Shown here: one piece after another, positions 58,701 through 64,000 of the stretch
Position numbering within the stretch: the first letter of the stretch is position 1
Layout: each line of letters starts with the position of its first letter
NCBI GenBank assembly: GCA_000708835.1
Contig: DF237218.1
Span: 1 to 64,000 of the forward strand
Source: Klebsormidium nitens
Taxonomy: Eukaryota > Plantae > Klebsormidiophyceae
Direction: 5' to 3'
DNA length: 64,000 nt
The notes under the pieces: generated by a model
The model's input: only the letters and a program-made list of their open reading frames with translations
Databases searched by the model: none
What the model was told of the DNA's origin: nothing
Program-made: the position numbers and the translations under genes

Positions 58701-61700
58701 GAAGGCAAGATCGAAGGTAAGTGTCAGAGTGTTGATTGATCTGCAGGCAACTGTCTAAACGGCGTTCCTTTGAGGAGAACCTCAGGACGAAGTTGGCAGA
58801 CGTTTACTCGTTGCAATAAAAGATGCAGCTTCGGTGTTGGATCCGATGTGTGGGGACGAAAGATACAGTGACAAATGCTCGAAGCCCGCATCTCTTGTCT
58901 GCCAATCGGTAGCCCCGAAAACATGCGCGCATTCAACCAGGGGTTAGAAACGTCTAGGACGTCGAGAAGTGTAGCAGACAACAAGCAAAACAAAATCTCA
59001 GATCCAATACTAGCCGAACCGTCACTCTTGTCCGTAGCTGGGTCCAATTCCGCACTGCCTCCATAGCTGCACCATTTGCGCTCGCCCAGGCACAGAAAGC
59101 ACAATCTCACCCCACGAAGACCGCAAATAGAAAACGTTCTAAAAAAGGGGAAAAAATCCCCCGAAGGAATCAAACCCTGCATTACAACACTAGTAAGCAA
59201 CCCTCACTTTTCGTTCGCCGGATCACCCCCGATCGCCCCCAACCCTCAGCTACTGCCACAGGTTGCCCTATGTCGCTTCCGCTCAACCAGAGGAAGCACA
59301 CCTCACACCCGCCAAAAAAGCGCCACAGATTCACACAATCAGAAAGGTGACAACCGTGGGAACGCCGCATCAACGAAACCCCTGAGTTTTGGTCCGTCCC
59401 CACGTCCCCACCCTCCGCTGCTCCCATAGCTGCTCCACCTTGCGCTCCCCCAGGCACAAGAACCATAACTCAGATCGACCACAATGAAAGCAAACAAGAA
59501 GTCATTGGAAGTGACAACTTAGAATCCACGTCACTGGACAAAATTCACTTGCCAGCACGTCTTCCAACCTCCGCTGCTCCCTCCGCTGCTCCACCTCACT
59601 TCAAACCTCAAAACCTCGAAAAGATGACAACCAAAGCTCAAAACCTTGAAAAAGATGACAACCCAGTGGTAAACACATCCCCTAAATCAAAAAGAACGCT
59701 CACTTTCTGTCCGCCAGGACGTCGCCCACTCTGCGCTGCTCCCACAGCTGCTCCACCTCGCGCTCGCCCAGGCACGCGAAGCGCGCCTTGGAGCCCCCAA
59801 AGATGCGCAGCTCGCCCGCCGTGTTGACCGTGCAGCTGAAGTCGGGACCGACCTCCACGAGGCCCTCCTTCGTACTGTAACGCAGATTCTTTTGCCTTTC
59901 AAAGTTTCTTCGCATGAGACATCTATTTCGAAGGCTTTTTGACTTTCGGAGCATGTAAGAGCATTCTGATTTGAAGGCTGTTAAAAACGCACAATTCCTG
60001 ATTTGGAGGCTGGAAAAGAGTAAAGTCTCGCTGAAGATAGCAGGCCCCGCCGGGGCTGCCGTGACCAAGCTCTACGAGACCCCATCTGCACTGTGAGGCG
60101 GAATCGGCTTCCGCTTCAGGCGGTTTGAGCTGGGCAACAGTCCTATCAACATACAAGAGCCTTTTCGCACTCAACCTTTGGAGAGAGACTCCGAAGCCGC
60201 CTGTGTAGGGCTGTAGCCCTGAGCCCTAAGCCCAAGGAATTGCGGTTCAGATGGACTATGTAATGGAGACTTACAAAACCTCCTATGCGAAAGCCTGGAC
60301 CCCCTCCAATAGGCCCTCATTAGTACGGAAATCACAAAATCCATTGATCTGAGAGAGACAAACATTGTCGCGTGTTTACCACAATCCAATAGAGAATCTG
60401 AGGGCCAGATAGGAAAATCAACCACCACACACCAAACAAGTCACCAAGGTCGGCAGCCAAAGGAACCTGTGATGGCATCGGAATTGGTTGCTGGGAAAGG
60501 GTGCTTGCTTCGGCGGATGAAATGGGCAATCCGTCGAAAGCTTACGACAAGAACGTTACGTTCTTCACAGGGAGAAAGAACCAACCATATGGGCGCGAAA
60601 CAAGTCGAAAGAGGCACCAACCTGTCGACGCGGTCGAGCGCGTTCAGATGATGGTACGCCACCTTCCAGTCGCCCCCGCACCGCAGTAGAAGGCGCCCTT
60701 GGCTCGCAGCTGAACAGGCCTTATATACAGGGTGGGCCTGGCACGAGCGGTGCGCAGCGACCTGGAAAAACAGCAATAGAGACTTGTGACGTGTCCAATC
60801 AGGTTAAAAGGGCTGGGTGCTGTGACCGAACGTAACGTGGGTACATACTGTGCCACATGTGGCGTAGAGAAGAGCTGTGCCAACTGAAGCTACGTGGAGG
60901 AAGGTCGACGATGGTACAGTGAGAAGGCCAGCGAACAAAAGACCAATCTTCACCGCCTTTTAACTGAAAAGTGTATATATCGCAAAATAAGACAACCAAA
61001 GTTGGCAAACAGACGCTCGTTTTAGGGGGGTTTTCCGTGCACCAGCAGCATTTGGACAATTGTACGTCGAATCAAAGCGCTGATATGTAAACAAACAGTA
61101 TTGGCCCTTGCGTATGAAAAAGGGTAGCCAAACTCTTTGCGAGATAGCAGTGTTGGCCCTTTTGTACGGGTAGCAAAGAGAACCCCCACCTTTCCGAATC
61201 GAAAGGCAGGCTCCAAGAAGGCCTAAAATCAGGGTGAGTCTACCCACTTCCCAACTTGGTACGAAGGGCCATGGCACACTGGTTGCACTAAAGCTCGGAT
61301 AGGACGAACAACAAGTAGAAAGATCAAACATCAGGCGGGCTGTGCAGTACAAGCTAAGGAAACAACATAGCTACTAAGCTGGTGTCGTGCAGAAAGCTGG
61401 TGACAGCAAGGAACGCCAACCTTTCAACTACTCGGTCTCTTACCACAGTCAGCGACATGGAGGCGTCAGGCGCAAAGTTGGCGGGCGTGCGGAAGAAGCG
61501 GCAGGCAGCCTCCAGGCGGGCGAGGTCGCGCGCACTCAGTCCTGACGTCAGCACCTTGAGAAGGATGTCTGGAGTGTCCGAAAGCTGGGTCAGGCTGCCC
61601 ACTGGAAAAGAGCTGCAAAAGAAAGAAGGTAAAGTCAGTGCTAGGGCCGCATTCCAGGATTACAATTCTGGAAAAGGGCCATGGATCCGAACTTAACCAG

Positions 61701-64000
61701 GTACCATGCAATGGTCCACGAAAGTCACGGAAGTCAGCACAGGGAAGTTGAAAATTATGTCTGGACGTTGATGTGATGAATTAGGTGGCTGATTGACAGA
61801 ACACAAACAAAAGAATCAACAGTGCTGACACAACTTGGAAGTGCACCCGGCCTGTGACATTGCAGGCCCAGACAAGCTGTCGGGGCAACAGAGGAAAGAA
61901 GAAAAAGCGACACCCAGAGAGTAAAACAATCGCATGAAATCAGAAGTACTTACTACAGAACCTAGACCAGGGGGGGGGGGGGGTTCTGAAAGGCGCAGAG
62001 GCTCTAGAAGACAGGACTGATTGTCAAGCCTGCTTCCGAACTCTGACAGCATCGACAGCATTCAAGCAAGGACTCTTAAGGATTCTTACACTTCTTCTTA
62101 TACTACTACCGGGATACCAAGCAGCTGCATTCGCATATTCAGCACATTTCTCAGTAGCTTACGCTCACCTCGCCTCCGCTGCCGCCGCCTCCTTCAACGT
62201 TCTGGCGACCTCCAGACTGGCCCCTTGCACCTTCGCAGCCTGCAGCCCCCTGAAAAGTTTCAGATGCTCCTCCATCCCCACACCCCCCGCTCGCGGGCCG
62301 ATCTCCGCCCCTTCCGTCACCCCCCCCTTTGCGACAATTCCACTACCCGTGCTCCCGGGGGATACAACCTCCTCTCCCACCGCCCCCCCCTCAGGAACGA
62401 CTTGCAAAACTGGCTTGGTGCGAACGCCCTCTGGGGCCGATTTACAGCAGCGCCCTTCAAACGACTCCGGACTGAAGGGGAGGTCTTTCACTTGGGCAAA
62501 GTCCGAAGTGGACCCCACGCGCGGCAGGGGGGTCTCCAGAGGCTCGGGCAGGGACGGTGCGAAACCCCCATTTGAGGGGACGGCGCCGCTGCTGGATGTT
62601 ACACGGTAAACCGTTGATGGGTCATAGCCAGAGGAGTCCATCTCATCGGAACTACTAGTGGACGAATTAGATCCAGTAGTGGGGTTAGGGTGCGCTGAGG
62701 TCAGCGAGTTGTCGGAGGGTTTGGGTACTAACACAGGGGTTAGGAGCTTGGGCCGCTTGTTAGCCGGATCAGGAGATGCGCAACTTTTGCGCTTCACTTC
62801 CAGTAACAACTCCTCAGGGAGCTGACTCGACCGCGCCTGTTTCGTGCCTGCGAGCACCGCCGAGGGGGTCAGTTTCGCCAGCTTTTCCGGCCCCCCCTGC
62901 TCAGACCCCTTCTCCGCTGTGTGCAAAGACACAAACCTGGTAGTGGTTGTCACTCCCTTTTGGGGGGGCATCATCGACGACTTCTTGCTCCTGAAAGACA
63001 ACCCCGCCGTCGTCTCTTTACCCCCCGCCGCTTTTCTCAGTATTCTCATGGGGGTGCTGTCTAGAATGCCCGCCAGAGTGCTTGCACCCCCCGGCTGCGG
63101 AGGTTGCGCCCCCCCGAAAGTTGTCCCATTGAAAACTTGAGCATACATGAACCGGTTTGCTGGCGCTTTCGAGTCGGGCACCCTCAGATTGGAGATGATC
63201 TCTCGGTTCCCTAGTCCCCTCCCCTTCATCGGCAATGGATACGCAATCCCCCCAAGCCCTGCAACCGCGCCATGATGCGCCAGAGCGCCGTCTGGGGCGG
63301 GTGGAACCACTTTCTCATCACAGGGCCTCTCTAGCAGATAGTTGACTTCCGGAAGAATTGGCCCAAACCCCCGCTGCACTTTTGTCTGTGGTGCAGCTTC
63401 CCAGGCAGGCGCGACCAAAGGCTCCGCTCTTACAACGGGCTTCATGACCTGAACAGTGTGACAACCCCCGCAAACTTGCAAATTCTCCTTCACTTGGGGG
63501 GTGCCCTCGAAGACAGAGACATCGGACCGCTGCCGCTGAAGCTGCGGCGCATACACCCCCTGCTTTTGCCCCATCCCCGGCCCCCCCGCCGGAGAAGAAT
63601 CCAAAACAGCCCCCCCCTCCGGCCCCATTCTCGAAGCACTCCGCTTCCCAGAACAGCACCCCGCAACCTTTTCATTCGTATCGCACGAGCTCAACGGGCC
63701 CCCATCCCGCAACACCCCCAGCTTCGCCGACCCGTCTAGGCTTCCCCCCGTGCTATTTCCAGCCCGCGGAACCTCTAGAAGTCCCGTCTTGCGCCGGGGC
63801 TTGGGCGTGTCGCACGGCTGCTCCTGGAACCATAGCTCGCCCGCAAACTCGTGTTCCCGCGGTACGCAGCAGGGTTGCGTGCATGTTCCGGTGGCACAGC
63901 AGCAGCTTTTCCCCCCCGCTTCGGTTTGGCACGGCGTGCAGCACCAGCAGCAGGGACCATCGTCCCAGGCAAGCGCCAGCTCCTGGCAAAGCGTGGCGTC
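55726..64000 (-). CDS. RCC1/UVR8-like repeat protein with F-box-like segment and long N-terminal extension (5' partial, >=1111 aa)
   Basis: Exons >64000-62169, 61612-61444, 60761-60622, 59874-59704, 58698-58533, 58046-57745, 56840-56621, 56061-55726; phases are consistent. RCC1 repeats include VAAGPGSVVTVTSEGDVYSFGKNEQGCLG and ISAGWDHMLAVTDKGEVYAWGEGGKGQLG. The segment LSARDLARLEAACRFFRTPANFAPD...RCGGDWK resembles, from memory, the plant At3g26100-type RCC1 family. Confidence 0.85.
59020..59790 (-). repeat. Degenerate tandem copies (~160-180-bp period) of the donor site and 3' part of an RCC1 exon
   Basis: Sequence like (C)TCACTT..GTCCG..GCTGCTCC(C)A.AGCTGCTCCACCT.GCGCTC.CCCAGGCAC occurs at about 59022, 59203, 59383 and 59545 as well as in the real exon at 59700-59780. 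Confidence 0.75.

Noticed and set aside
63455-63475. CGGCH as a c-type heme-binding CxxCH motif
   Set aside because: It lies in a disordered extension of a presumed nucleo-cytosolic protein with no cytochrome c context or targeting signal. Likely incidental.

Overview
Eukaryotic nuclear DNA from an intron-rich green plant lineage. The nuclear psaH gene, GC-rich exons, long introns and TTTTAGGG-like motifs suggest a streptophyte alga such as Klebsormidium (inference). I assembled six spliced genes by hand with phase-consistent GT/GC-AG junctions. (1) A ~751-aa protein of unknown function (+, 5730-12010). (2) Photosystem I subunit PsaH (-, 14130-16289). (3) A ~1700-aa MEKK/NPK1-type MAP3K whose kinase domain is joined through a long disordered linker to 8 C-terminal WD40 repeats (-, 18330-32119). 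(4) A secreted small purple acid phosphatase with a Cys-rich module and a Pro/Thr-rich stalk (+, 35189-43663). (5) SURF6/Rrp14 (-, 47641-54291), with one GC-AG intron. (6) An RCC1-repeat protein with an F-box-like segment and a >600-aa N-terminal extension that runs off the window (-, 55726->64000). Three short TIR elements (MITE-like) and several decayed ORF-like segments are also present. The most striking unexplained pattern is that splice-junction sequence has been tandemly duplicated into the adjacent intron at eight or more places, leaving decaying 'shadow' copies of acceptors, donors, branch points and exon ends. All gene models and homology calls come from reading the sequence and recalled family motifs; no searches were run.
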